Source of the DNA: Azolla caroliniana
Lineage: Eukaryota > Plantae > Polypodiophyta
Direction of reading: 5' to 3'
NCBI GenBank assembly: GCA_043228905.1
Contig: JBHGNT010000050.1
Coordinates: 1 to 64,000 of the forward strand
DNA length: 64,000 nucleotides
The notes under the pieces: generated by a model
Told to the model about the DNA's origin: nothing
The model's input: only the letters and a program-made list of their open reading frames with translations
Databases searched by the model: none
Part shown: piece by piece, positions 28,081-41,510 of the stretch
Layout: each line of letters begins with the position of its first letter
Numbering within the stretch: position 1 is the stretch's first letter
Program-made: the position numbers and the translations under genes

Positions 28081-28799
28081 TGTTTGAACACAGAAATCCG
28101 ATATCACACGAGCCAGGTATGACCATTTTAATTTACTCACTGGCTCTTCTCAACTCCCTCCTCAAATATGCTAATTTCCTCATGTCTCTCGACCTGAGTT
28201 TCAAAATCTCGATTTTTTAATTCTATATCATAGCTAGCCTTGTTAGTTTCGATTCGCATGTTTGAACACAGAAATCCGATATCACACGAGCCAGGTATGA
28301 CCATTTTAATTTACTCACTCGCTCTTCTCAACTCCCTCCTCAAATATGCTAATTTCTTCATGTCTCTCGACCTGAGTTTCAAAATCTCGATTTTTTAATT
28401 CTATATCATAGCTAGCCTTGTTAGCTTCGATTTGCATGTTTGAACACAGAAATCCGATATCACACGAGCCAGGTATGACCATTTTAATTTACTCACTGGC
28501 TCTTCTCAACTCCCTCCTCAAATATGCTAATTTCCTCATGTCTCTCGACCTGAGTTTCAAAATCTCGATTTTTTAATTCTATATCATAGCTAGCCTTGTT
28601 AGTTTCGATTCGCATGTTTGAACACAGAAATCCGATATCACACGAGCCAGGTATGACCATTTTAATTTACTCACTCGCTCTTCTCAACTCCCTCCTCCAG
28701 CATGCTAATTTCCTCATGTCTTTCGACGTCAGTTTCGAAATCACGATTTTTTAAGTCTATATCATAGCTAGCCTTGTTAGTTTCGATTCGCATGTTTGA

Positions 28800-31700
28800 A
28801 CACAGAAATCCGATATCACACGAGCCAGGTATGACCATTTTAATTTACTCACACGCTCTTCTCAACTCCCTCCTCAAATATGCTAATTTCTTCATGTCTC
28901 TCGACCTGAGTTTCAAAATCTTGATTTTTTAATTCTATATCATAGCTAGCCTTGTTAGCTTCGATTCGCATGTTTGAACACTGAAATCCGATATCACACG
29001 AGCCAGGTATGACCATTTTAATTTACTCACACGCTCTTCTCAACTCCCTCCTCAAATATGCTAATTTCTTCATGTCTCTTGACCTGAGTTTCAAAATCTT
29101 GATTTTTTAATTCTATATCATAGCTAGCCTTGTTAGCTTCGATTTGCATGTTTGAACACAGAAATCCGTTATCACACGAGCCAGGTATGACCATTTTAAT
29201 TTACTCACTGACTCTTCTCAACTCCCTCCTCAAAGATGCTAATTTCTTCATGTCTCTCGACCTGAGTTTCAAAATCTCGATTTTTTAATTCTATATCATA
29301 GCTAGCCTTGTTAGTTTCGATTCGCATGTTTGAACACAGAAATCCGATATCACACGAGCCAGGTATGACCATTTTAATTTACTCACTCGCTCTTCTCAAC
29401 TCCCTCCTCAAATATGCTAATTTCTTCATGTCTCTCGACCTGAGTTTCAAAATCTCGATTTTTTAATTCTATATCATAGCTAGCCTTGTTAGCTTCGATT
29501 TGCATGTTTGAACATAGAAATCCGATATCACACGAGCCAGGTATGACCATTTTAATTTACTCACACGCTCTTCTCAACTCCCTCCTCAAATATGCTAATT
29601 TCCTCATGTCTCTCACCTGAGTTTCAAAATCTCGATTTTTTAATTCTATATCATAGCTAGCCTTGTTAGCTTCGATTCGCATGTTTGAACACAGAAATCC
29701 GATATCACACGAGCCAGGTATGACCATTTTAATTTACTCACTCGCTCTTCTCAACTCCCTCCTCCAGCATGCTAATTTCCTCATGTCTTTCGACGTCAGT
29801 TTCGAAATCACGATTTTTTAAGTCTATATCATAGCTAGCCTTGTTAGTTTCGATTCGCATGTTTGAACACAAAAATCCGATATCACACGAGCCAGGTATG
29901 ACCATTTTAATTTACTCACACGCTCTTCTCAACTCCCTCCTCAAATATGCTAATTTCTTCATGTCTCTCGACCTGAGTTTCAAAATCTCGATTTTTTAAT
30001 TCTATATCATAGCTAGCCTTGTTAGCTTCGATTCGCATGTTTGAACACAGAAATCCGATATCACACGAGCCAGGTATGACCATTTTAATTTAGTCACTCG
30101 CTCTTCTCAACTCCCTCCTCCAGCATGCTAATTTCCTCATGTCTTTCGACGTCAGTTTCGAAATCTCGATTTTTTAAGTCTATATCATAGCTAGCCTTGT
30201 TAGTTTCGATTTGCATGTTTGAACAGAGAAATCCGATATCACACGAGCCAGGTATGACCATTTTAATTTACTCACACGCTCTTCTCAACTCCCTCCTCAA
30301 ATATGCTAATTTCTTCATGTCTCTCGACCTGAGTTTCAAAATCTTGATTTTTTAATTCTATATCATAGCTAGCCTTGTTAGCTTCGATTCGCATGTTTGA
30401 ACACTGAAATCCGATATCACACGAGCCAGGTATGACCATTTTAATTTACTCACACGCTCTTCTCAACTCCCTCCTCAAATATGCTAATTTCTTCATGTCT
30501 CTTGACCTGAGTTTCAAAATCTTGATTTTTTAATTCTATATCATAGCTAGCCTTGTTAGCTTCGATTTGCATGTTTGAACACAGAAATCCGTTATCACAC
30601 GAGCCAGGTATGACCATTTTAATTTACTCACTGACTCTTCTCAACTCCCTCCTCAAAGATGCTAATTTCTTCATGTCTCTCGACCTGAGTTTCAAAATCT
30701 CGATTTTTTAATTCTATATCATAGCTAGCCTTGTTAGTTTCGATTCGCATGTTTGAACACAGAAATCCGATATCACACGAGCCAGGTATGACCATTTTAA
30801 TTTACTCACTCGCTCTTCTCAACTCCCTCCTCAAATATGCTAATTTCTTCATGTCTCTCGACCTGAGTTTCAAAATCTCGATTTTTTAATTCTATATCAT
30901 AGCTAGCCTTGTTAGCTTCGATTTGCATGTTTGAACATAGAAATCCGATATCACACGAGCCAGGTATGACCATTTTAATTTACTCACTGGCTCTTCTCAA
31001 CTCCCTCCTCAAATATGCTAATTTCCTCATGTCTCTCACCTGAGTTTCAAAATCTCTATTTTTTAATTCTATATCATAGCTAGCCTTGTTAGCTTCGATT
31101 CGCATGTTTGAACACAGAAATCCGATATCACACGAGCCAGGTATGACCATTTTAATTTACTCACTCGCTCTTCTCAACTCCCTCCTCCAGCATGCTAATT
31201 TCCTCATGTCTTTCGACGTCAGTTTCGAAATCACGATTTTTTAAGTCTATATCATAGCTAGCCTTGTTAGTTTCGATTCGCATGTTTGAACACAAAAATC
31301 CGATATCACACGAGCCAGGTATGACCATTTTAATTTACTCACACGCTCTTCTCAACTCCCTCCTCAAATATGCTAATTTCTTCATGTCTCTCGACCTGAG
31401 TTTCAAAATCTCGATTTTTTAATTCTATATCATAGCTAGCCTTGTTAGCTTCGATTCGCATGTTTGAACACAGAAATCCGATATCACACGAGCCAGGTAT
31501 GACCATTTTAATTTACTCACTCGCTCTTCTCAACTCCCTCCTCCAGCATGCTAATTTCCTCATGTCTTTCGACGTCAGTTTCGAAATCTCGATTTTTTAA
31601 GTCTATATCATAGCTAGCCTTGTTAGTTTCGATTTGCATGTTTGAACAGAGAAATCCGATATCACACGAGCCAGGTATGACCATTTTAATTTACTCACAC

Positions 31701-34700
31701 GCTCTTCTCAACTCCCTCCTCAAATATGCTAATTTCCTCATGTCTCTCACCTGAGTTTCAAAATCTCGATTTTTTAATTCTATATCATAGCTAGCCTTGT
31801 TAGCTTCGATTCGCATGTTTGAACACAGAAATCCGATATCACACGAGCCAGGTATGACCATTTTAATTTACTCACTCGCTCTTCTCAACTCCCTCCTCCA
31901 GCATGCTAATTTCCTCATGTCTTTCGACGTCAGTTTCGAAATCACGATTTTTTAAGTCTATATCATAGCTAGCCTTGTTAGTTTCGATTCGCATGTTTGA
32001 ACACAAAAATCCGATATCACACGAGCCAGGTATGACCATTTTAATTTACTCACACGCTCTTCTCAACTCCCTCCTCAAATATGCTAATTTCTTCATGTCT
32101 CTCGACCTGAGTTTCAAAATCTCGATTTTTTAATTCTATATCATAGCTAGCCTTGTTAGCTTCGATTCGCATGTTTGAACACAGAAATCCGATATCACAC
32201 GAGCCAGGTATGACCATTTTAATTTAGTCACTCGCTCTTCTCAACTCCCTCCTCCAGCATGCTAATTTCCTCATGTCTTTCGACGTCAGTTTCGAAATCT
32301 CGATTTTTTAAGTCTATATCATAGCTAGCCTTGTTAGTTTCGATTTGCATGTTTGAACAGAGAAATCCGATATCACACGAGCCAGGTATGACCATTTTAA
32401 TTTACTCACACGCTCTTCTCAACTCCCTCCTCAAATATGCTAATTTCTTCATGTCTCTCGACCTGAGTTTCAAAATCTTGATTTTTTAATTCTATATCAT
32501 AGCTAGCCTTGTTAGCTTCGATTCGCATGTTTGAACACTGAAATCCGATATCACACGAGCCAGGTATGACCATTTTAATTTACTCACACGCTCTTCTCAA
32601 CTCCCTCCTCAAATATGCTAATTTCTTCTTGTCTCTTGACCTGAGTTTCAAAATCTTGATTTTTTAATTCTATATCATAGCTAGCCTTGTTAGCTTCGAT
32701 TTGCATGTTTGAACACAGAAATCCGTTATCACACGAGCCAGGTATGACCATTTTAATTTACTCACTGACTCTTCTCAACTCCCTCCTCAAAGATGCTAAT
32801 TTCTTCATGTCTCTCGACCTGAGTTTCAAAATCTCGATTTTTTAATTCTATATCATAGCTAGCCTTGTTAGTTTCGATTCGCATGTTTGAACACAGAAAT
32901 CCGATATCACACGAGCCAGGTATGACCATTTTAATTTACTCACTCGCTCTTCTCAACTCCCTCCTCAAATATGCTAATTTCTTCATGTCTCTCGACCTGA
33001 GTTTCAAAATCTCGATTTTTTAATTCTATATCATAGCTAGCCTTGTTAGCTTCGATTTGCATGTTTGAACATAGAAATCCGATATCACACGAGCCAGGTA
33101 TGACCATTTTAATTTACTCACTGGCTCTTCTCAACTCCCTCCTCAAATATGCTAATTTCCTCATGTCTCTCACCTGAGTTTCAAAATCTCTATTTTTTAA
33201 TTCTATATCATAGCTAGCCTTGTTAGCTTCGATTCGCATGTTTGAACACAGAAATCCGATATCACACGAGCCAGGTATGACCATTTTAATTTACTCACTC
33301 GCTCTTCTCAACTCCCTCCTCCAGCATGCTAATTTCCTCATGTCTTTCGACGTCAGTTTCGAAATCACGATTTTTTAAGTCTATATCATAGCTAGCCTTG
33401 TTAGTTTCGATTCGCATGTTTGAACACAAAAATCCGATATCACACGAGCCAGGTATGACCATTTTAATTTACTCACACGCTCTTCTCAACTCCCTCCTCA
33501 AATATGCTAATTTCTTCATGTCTCTCGACCTGAGTTTCAAAATCTCGATTTTTTAATTCTATATCATAGCTAGCCTTGTTAGCTTCGATTCGCATGTTTG
33601 AACACAGAAATCCGATATCACACGAGCCAGGTATGACCATTTTAATTTACTCACTCGCTCTTCTCAACTCCCTCCTCCAGCATGCTAATTTCCTCATGTC
33701 TTTCGACGTCAGTTTCGAAATCTCGATTTTTTAAGTCTATATCATAGCTAGCCTTGTTAGTTTCGATTTGCATGTTTGAACAGAGAAATCCGATATCACA
33801 CGAGCCAGGTATGACCATTTTAATTTACTCACACGCTCTTCTCAACTCCCTCCTCAAATATGCTAATTTCTTCATGTCTCTCGACCTGAGTTTCAAAATC
33901 TTGATTTTTTAATTCTATATCATAGCTAGCCTTGTTAGCTTCGATTCGCATGTTTGAACACTGAAATCCGATATCACACGAGCCAGGTATGACCATTTTA
34001 ATTTACTCACACGCTCTTCTCAACTCCCTCCTCAAATATGCTAATTTCTTCATGTCTCTTGACCTGAGTTTCAAAATCTTGATTTTTTAATTCTATATCA
34101 TAGCTAGCCTTGTTAGCTTCGATTGGCATGTTTGAACACAGAAATCCGTTATCACACGAGCCAGGTATGACCATTTTAATTTACTCACTGACTCTTCTCA
34201 ACTCCCTCCTCAAAGATGCTAATTTCTTCATGTCTCTCGACCTGAGTTTCAAAATCTCGATTTTTTAATTCTATATCATAGCTAGCCTTGTTAGTTTCGA
34301 TTCGCATGTTTGAACACAGAAATCCGATATCACACGAGCCAGGTATGACCATTTTAATTTACTCACTCGCTCTTCTCAACTCCCTCCTCAAATATGCTAA
34401 TTTCTTCATGTCTCTCGACCTGAGTTTCAAAATCTCGATTTTTTAATTCTATATCATAGCTAGCCTTGTTAGCTTCGATTTGCATGTTTGAACATAGAAA
34501 TCCGATATCACACGAGCCAGGTATGACCATTTTAATTTACTCACTGGCTCTTCTCAACTCCCTCCTCAAATATGCTAATTTCCTCATGTCTCTCACCTGA
34601 GTTTCAAAATCTCTATTTTTTAATTCTATATCATAGCTAGCCTTGTTAGCTTCGATTCGCATGTTTGAACACAGAAATCCGATATCACACGAGCCAGGTA

Positions 34701-34900
34701 TGACCATTTTAATTTACTCACTCGCTCTTCTCAACTCCCTCCTCCAGCATGCTAATTTCCTCATGTCTTTCGACGTCAGTTTCGAAATCACGATTTTTTA
34801 AGTCTATATCATAGCTAGCCTTGTTAGTTTCGATTCGCATGTTTGAACACAAAAATCCGATATCACACGAGCCAGGTATGACCATTTTAATTTACTCACA
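28800..34900. repeat. 8-monomer HOR (1423 bp) block with one 4-monomer truncated unit
   Basis: Deletion marker at 29613, 31036, 31747, 33170 and 34593, spacings 1423, 711, 1423, 1423. The TTTAGTCACTCG variant at 30093 and 32227 is 2134 bp apart (8+4 monomers). Confidence 0.88.
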
Positions 34901-37900
34901 CGCTCTTTTCAACTCCCTCCTCAAATATGCTAATTTCTTCATGTCTCTCGACCTGAGTTTCAAAATCTCGATTTTTTAATTCTATATCATAGCTAGCCTT
35001 GTTAGCTTCGATTCGCATGTTTGAACACAGAAATCCGATATCACACGAGCCAGGTATGACCATTTTAATTTACACACACGCTCTTCTCAACTCCCTCCTC
35101 AAATATGCTAAATTCTTCATGTCTCTCGACCTGAGTTTCAAAATCTCGATTTTTTAATTCTATATCATAGCTAGCCTTGTTAGCTTCGATTTGCATGTTT
35201 GAAAACAGAAATCCGATATCACACGAGCTAGGTATGACCATTTTAATTTACTCACACGCTCTTCTCAACTCCCTCCTCAAATATGCTAATTTCTTCATGT
35301 CTCTCGACCTGAGTTTCAAAATCTCGATGTTTTAATTCTATATCATAGCTAGCCTTGATAGCTTCGATTCGCATGTTTGAACACAGAAATCCGATATCAC
35401 ACGAGCCAGGTATGACCATTTTAATTTACACACACGCTCTTCTCAACTCCCTCCTCAAATATGCTAATTTCTTCATGTCTCTCGACCTGAGTTTCAAAAT
35501 CTCGATTTTTTAATTTTATATCATAGCTAGCCTTTTTAGCTTCGATTTGCATGTTTGAACACAGCAATCCGATATCACACGAGCTAGGTATGACCATTTT
35601 AATTTACTCAATGGCTCTTCTCAACTCCCTCCTCAAATATGCTAATTTCCTCATGTCTCTCGACCTGAGTTTCAAAATCACTATTTTTTAATTCTATATC
35701 ATAGCTAGCCTTGTTAATTTCGATTCGCATGTTTGAACACAGAAATCCGATATCACACGAGCCAGGTATGACCATTTTAATTTACTCACTCGCTCTTCTC
35801 AACTCCCTCCTCTAGCATGCTAATTTCCTCATGTCTTTCGACGTCAGTTTCGAAATCACGATTTTTTAAGTCTATATCATAGCTTGCTTTGTTAGCTTCG
35901 ATTCGCATGTTTGAACACAGAAATCCGATATCACACGAGCCAGGTATGACCATTTTAATTTACACACACGCTCTTCTCAACTCCCTCCTCAAATATGCTA
36001 ATATCTTCATGTCTCTCGACCTGAGTTTCAAAATCTCGATTTTTTAATTTTATATCATAGCTAGCCTTTTTAGCTTCGATTTGCATGTTTGAACACAGCA
36101 ATCCGATATCACACGAGCTAGGTATGACCATTTTAATTTACTCAATGGCTCCTCTCAACTCCCTCCTCAAATATGCTAATTTCCTCATGTCTCTCGACCT
36201 GAGTTTCAAAATCACGATTTTTTAATTCTATATCATAGCTAGCCTTGTTAGTTTCGATTCGCATGTTTGAACACAGAAATCCGATATCACACGAGCCAGG
36301 TATGACCATTTTAATTTACTCACTCGCTCTTCTCAACTCCCTCCTCCAGCATGCTAATTTCCTCATGTCTTTCGACGTCAGTTTCGAAATCACGATTTTT
36401 TAAGTCTATATCATAGCTTACCTTGTTAGCTTCGATTCGCATGTTTGAACACAGAAATCCGATATCACACGAGCCAGGTATGACCATTTTAATTTACTCA
36501 CACGCTCTTCTCAACTCCCTCCTCAAATATGCTAATTTCCTCATGTCTCTCACCTGAGTTTCAAAATCTCGATTTTTTAATTCTATATCATAGCTAGCCT
36601 TGTTAGCTTCGATTCGCATGTTTGAACACAGAAATCCGATATCACACGAGCCAGGTATGACCATTTTAATTTACTCACTCGCTCTTCTCAACTCCCTCCT
36701 CCAGCATGCTAATTTCCTCATGTCTTTCGACGTCAGTTTCGAAATCACGATTTTTTAAGTCTATATCATAGCTAGCCTTGTTAGTTTCGATTCGCATGTT
36801 TGAACACAAAAATCCGATATCACACGAGCCAGGTATGACCATTTTAATTTACTCACACGCTCTTCTCAACTCCCTCCTCAAATATGCTAATTTCTTCATG
36901 TCTCTCGACCTGAGTTTCAAAATCTCGATTTTTTAATTCTATATCATAGCTAGCCTTGTTAGCTTCGATTCGCATGTTTGAACACAGAAATCCGATATCA
37001 CACGAGCCAGGTATGACCATTTTAATTTACTCACTCGCTCTTCTCAACTCCCTCCTCCAGCATGCTAATTTCCTCATGTCTTTCGACGTCAGTTTCGAAA
37101 TCTCGATTTTTTAAGTCTATATCATAGCTAGCCTTGTTAGTTTCGATTTGCATGTTTGAACAGAGAAATCCGATATCACACGAGCCAGGTATGACCATTT
37201 TAATTTACTCACACGCTCTTCTCAACTCCCTCCTCAAATATGCTAATTTCTTCATGTCTCTCGACCTGAGTTTCAAAATCTTGATTTTTTAATTCTATAT
37301 CATAGCTAGCCTTGTTAGCTTCGATTCGCATGTTTGAACACTGAAATCCGATATCACACGAGCCAGGTATGACCATTTTAATTTACTCACACGCTCTTCT
37401 CAACTCCCTCCTCAAATATGCTAATTTCTTCATGTCTCTTGACCTGAGTTTCAAAATCTTGATTTTTTAATTCTATATCATAGCTAGCCTTGTTAGCTTC
37501 GATTTGCATGTTTGAACACAGAAATCCGTTATCACACGAGCCAGGTATGACCATTTTAATTTACTCACTGACTCTTCTCAACTCCCTCCTCAAAGATGCT
37601 AATTTCTTCATGTCTCTCGACCTGAGTTTCAAAATCTCGATTTTTTAATTCTATATCATAGCTAGCCTTGTTAGTTTCGATTCGCATGTTTGAACACAGA
37701 AATCCGATATCACACGAGCCAGGTATGACCATTTTAATTTACTCACTCGCTCTTCTCAACTCCCTCCTCAAATATGCTAATTTCTTCATGTCTCTCGACC
37801 TGAGTTTCAAAATCTCGATTTTTTAATTCTATATCATAGCTAGCCTTGTTAGCTTCGATTTGCATGTTTGAACATAGAAATCCGATATCACACGAGCCAG

Positions 37901-40900
37901 GTATGACCATTTTAATTTAGTCACTGGCTCTTCTCAACTCCCTCCTCAAATATGCTAATTTCCTCATGTCTCTCACCTGAGTTTCAAAATCTCTATTTTT
38001 TAATTCTATATCATAGCTAGCCTTGTTAGCTTCGATTCGCATGTTTGAACACAGAAATCCGATATCACACGAGCCAGGTATGACCATTTTAATTTACTCA
38101 CTCGCTCTTCTCAACTCCCTCCTCCAGCATGCTAATTTCCTCATGTCTTTCGACGTCAGTTTCGAAATCACGATTTTTTAAGTCTATATCATAGCTAGCC
38201 TTGTTAGTTTCGATTCGCATGTTTGAACACAAAAATCCGATATCACACGAGCCAGGTATGACCATTTTAATTTACTCACACGCTCTTCTCAACTCCCTCC
38301 TCAAATATGCTAATTTCTTCATGTCTCTCGACCTGAGTTTCAAAATCTCGATTTTTTAATTCTATATCATAGCTAGCCTTGTTAGCTTCGATTCGCATGT
38401 TTGAACACAGAAATCCGATATCACACGAGCCAGGTATGACCATTTTAATTTACACACACGCTCTTCTCAACTCCCTCCTCAAATATGCTAAATTCTTCAT
38501 GTCTCTCGACCTGAGTTTCAAAATCTCGATTTTTTAATTCTATATCATAGCTAGCCTTGTTAGCTTCGATTTGCATGTTTGAAAACAGAAATCCGATATC
38601 ACACGAGCTAGGTATGACCATTTTAATTTACTCACACGCTCTTCTCAACTCCCTCCTCAAATATGCTAATTTCTTCATGTCTCTCGACCTGAGTTTCAAA
38701 ATCTCGATGTTTTAATTCTATATCATAGCTAGCCTTGATAGCTTCGATTCGCATGTTTGAACACAGAAATCCGATATCACACGAGCCAGGTATGACCATT
38801 TTAATTTACACACACGCTCTTCTCAACTCCCTCCTCAAATATGCTAATTTCTTCATGTCTCTCGACCTGAGTTTCAAAATCTCGATTTTTTAATTTTATA
38901 TCATAGCTAGCCTTTTTAGCTTCGATTTGCATGTTTGAACACAGCAATCCGATATCACACGAGCTAGGTATGACCATTTTAATTTACTCAATGGCTCTTC
39001 TCAACTCCCTCCTCAAATATGCTAATTTCCTCATGTCTCTCGACCTGAGTTTCAAAATCACGATTTTTTAATTCTATATCATAGCTAGCCTTGTTAATTT
39101 CGATTCGCATGTTTGAACACAGAAATCCGATATCACACGAGCCAGGTATGACCATTTTAATTTACTCACTCGCTCTTCTCAACTCCCTCCTCTAGCATGC
39201 TAATTTCCTCATGTCTTTCGACGTCAGTTTCGAAATCACGATTTTTTAAGTCTATATCATAGCTTGCCTTGTTAGCTTCGATTCGCATGTTTGAACACAG
39301 AAATCCGATATCACACGAGCCAGGTATGACCATTTTAATTTACACACACGCTCTTCTCAACTCCCTCCTCAAATATGCTAATATCTTCATGTCTCTCGAC
39401 CTGAGTTTCAAAATCTCGATTTTTTAATTTTATATCATAGCTAGCCTTTTTAGCTTCGATTTGCATGTTTGAACACAGCAATCCGATATCACACGAGCTA
39501 GGTATGACCATTTTAATTTACTCAATGGCTCTTCTCAACTCCCTCCTCAAATATGCTAATTTCCTCATGTCTCTCGACCTGAGTTTCAAAATCACGATTT
39601 TTTAATTCTATATCATAGCTAGCCTTGTTAGTTTCGATTCGCATGTTTGAACACAGAAATCCGATATCACACGAGCCAGGTATGACCATTTTAATTTACT
39701 CACTCGCTCTTCTCAACTCCCTCCTCCAGCATGCTAATTTCCTCATGTCTTTCGACGTCAGTTTCGAAATCACGATTTTTTAAGTCTATATCATAGCTTA
39801 CCTTGTTAGCTTCGATTCGCATGTTTGAACACAGAAATCCGATATCACACGAGCCAGGTATGACCATTTTAATTTACTCACACGCTCTTCTCAACTCCCT
39901 CCTCAAATATGCTAATTTCCTCATGTCTCTCACCTGAGTTTCAAAATCTCGATTTTTTAATTCTATATCATAGCTAGCCTTGTTAGCTTCGATTCGCATG
40001 TTTGAACACAGAAATCCGATATCACACGAGCCAGGTATGACCATTTTAATTTACTCACTCGCTCTTCTCAACTCCCTCCTCCAGCATGCTAATTTCCTCA
40101 TGTCTTTCGACGTCAGTTTCGAAATCACGATTTTTTAAGTCTATATCATAGCTAGCCTTGTTAGTTTCGATTCGCATGTTTGAACACAAAAATCCGATAT
40201 CACACGAGCCAGGTATGACCATTTTAATTTACTCACACGCTCTTCTCAACTCCCTCCTCAAATATGCTAATTTCTTCATGTCTCTCGACCTGAGTTTCAA
40301 AATCTCGATTTTTTAATTCTATATCATAGCTAGCCTTGTTAGCTTCGATTCGCATGTTTGAACACAGAAATCCGATATCACACGAGCCAGGTATGACCAT
40401 TTTAATTTACTCACTCGCTCTTCTCAACTCCCTCCTCCAGCATGCTAATTTCCTCATGTCTTTCGACGTCAGTTTCGAAATCTCGATTTTTTAAGTCTAT
40501 ATCATAGCTAGCCTTGTTAGTTTCGATTTGCATGTTTGAACAGAGAAATCCGATATCACACGAGCCAGGTATGACCATTTTAATTTACTCACACGCTCTT
40601 CTCAACTCCCTCCTCAAATATGCTAATTTCTTCATGTCTCTCGACCTGAGTTTCAAAATCTTGATTTTTTAATTCTATATCATAGCTAGCCTTGTTAGCT
40701 TCGATTCGCATGTTTGAACACTGAAATCCGATATCACACGAGCCAGGTATGACCATTTTAATTTACTCACACGCTCTTCTCAACTCCCTCCTCAAATATG
40801 CTAATTTCTTCATGTCTCTTGACCTGAGTTTCAAAATCTTGATTTTTTAATTCTATATCATAGCTAGCCTTGTTAGCTTCGATTTGCATGTTTGAACACA

Positions 40901-41510
40901 GAAATCCGTTATCACACGAGCCAGGTATGACCATTTTAATTTACTCACTGACTCTTCTCAACTCCCTCCTCAAAGATGCTAATTTCTTCATGTCTCTCGA
41001 CCTGAGTTTCAAAATCTCGATTTTTTAATTCTATATCATAGCTAGCCTTGTTAGTTTCGATTCGCATGTTTGAACACAGAAATCCGATATCACACGAGCC
41101 AGGTATGACCATTTTAATTTACTCACTCGCTCTTCTCAACTCCCTCCTCAAATATGCTAATTTCTTCATGTCTCTCGACCTGAGTTTCAAAATCTCGATT
41201 TTTTAATTCTATATCATAGCTAGCCTTGTTAGCTTCGATTTGCATGTTTGAACATAGAAATCCGATATCACACGAGCCAGGTATGACCATTTTAATTTAC
41301 TCACTGGCTCTTCTCAACTCCCTCCTCAAATATGCTAATTTCCTCATGTCTCTCACCTGAGTTTCAAAATCTCTATTTTTTAATTCTATATCATAGCTAG
41401 CCTTGTTAGCTTCGATTCGCATGTTTGAACACAGAAATCCGATATCACACGAGCCAGGTATGACCATTTTAATTTACTCACTCGCTCTTCTCAACTCCCT
41501 CCTCCAGCAT
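33059..41510. repeat. 19-monomer HOR (3380 bp = 8 + 11 monomers), about 2.5 copies
   Basis: Deletion marker spacings alternate 1423/1957 (33170, 34593, 36550, 37973, 39930, 41353). The private variant GAAAACAG at 35201 and 38581 is 3380 bp apart. Confidence 0.88.
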
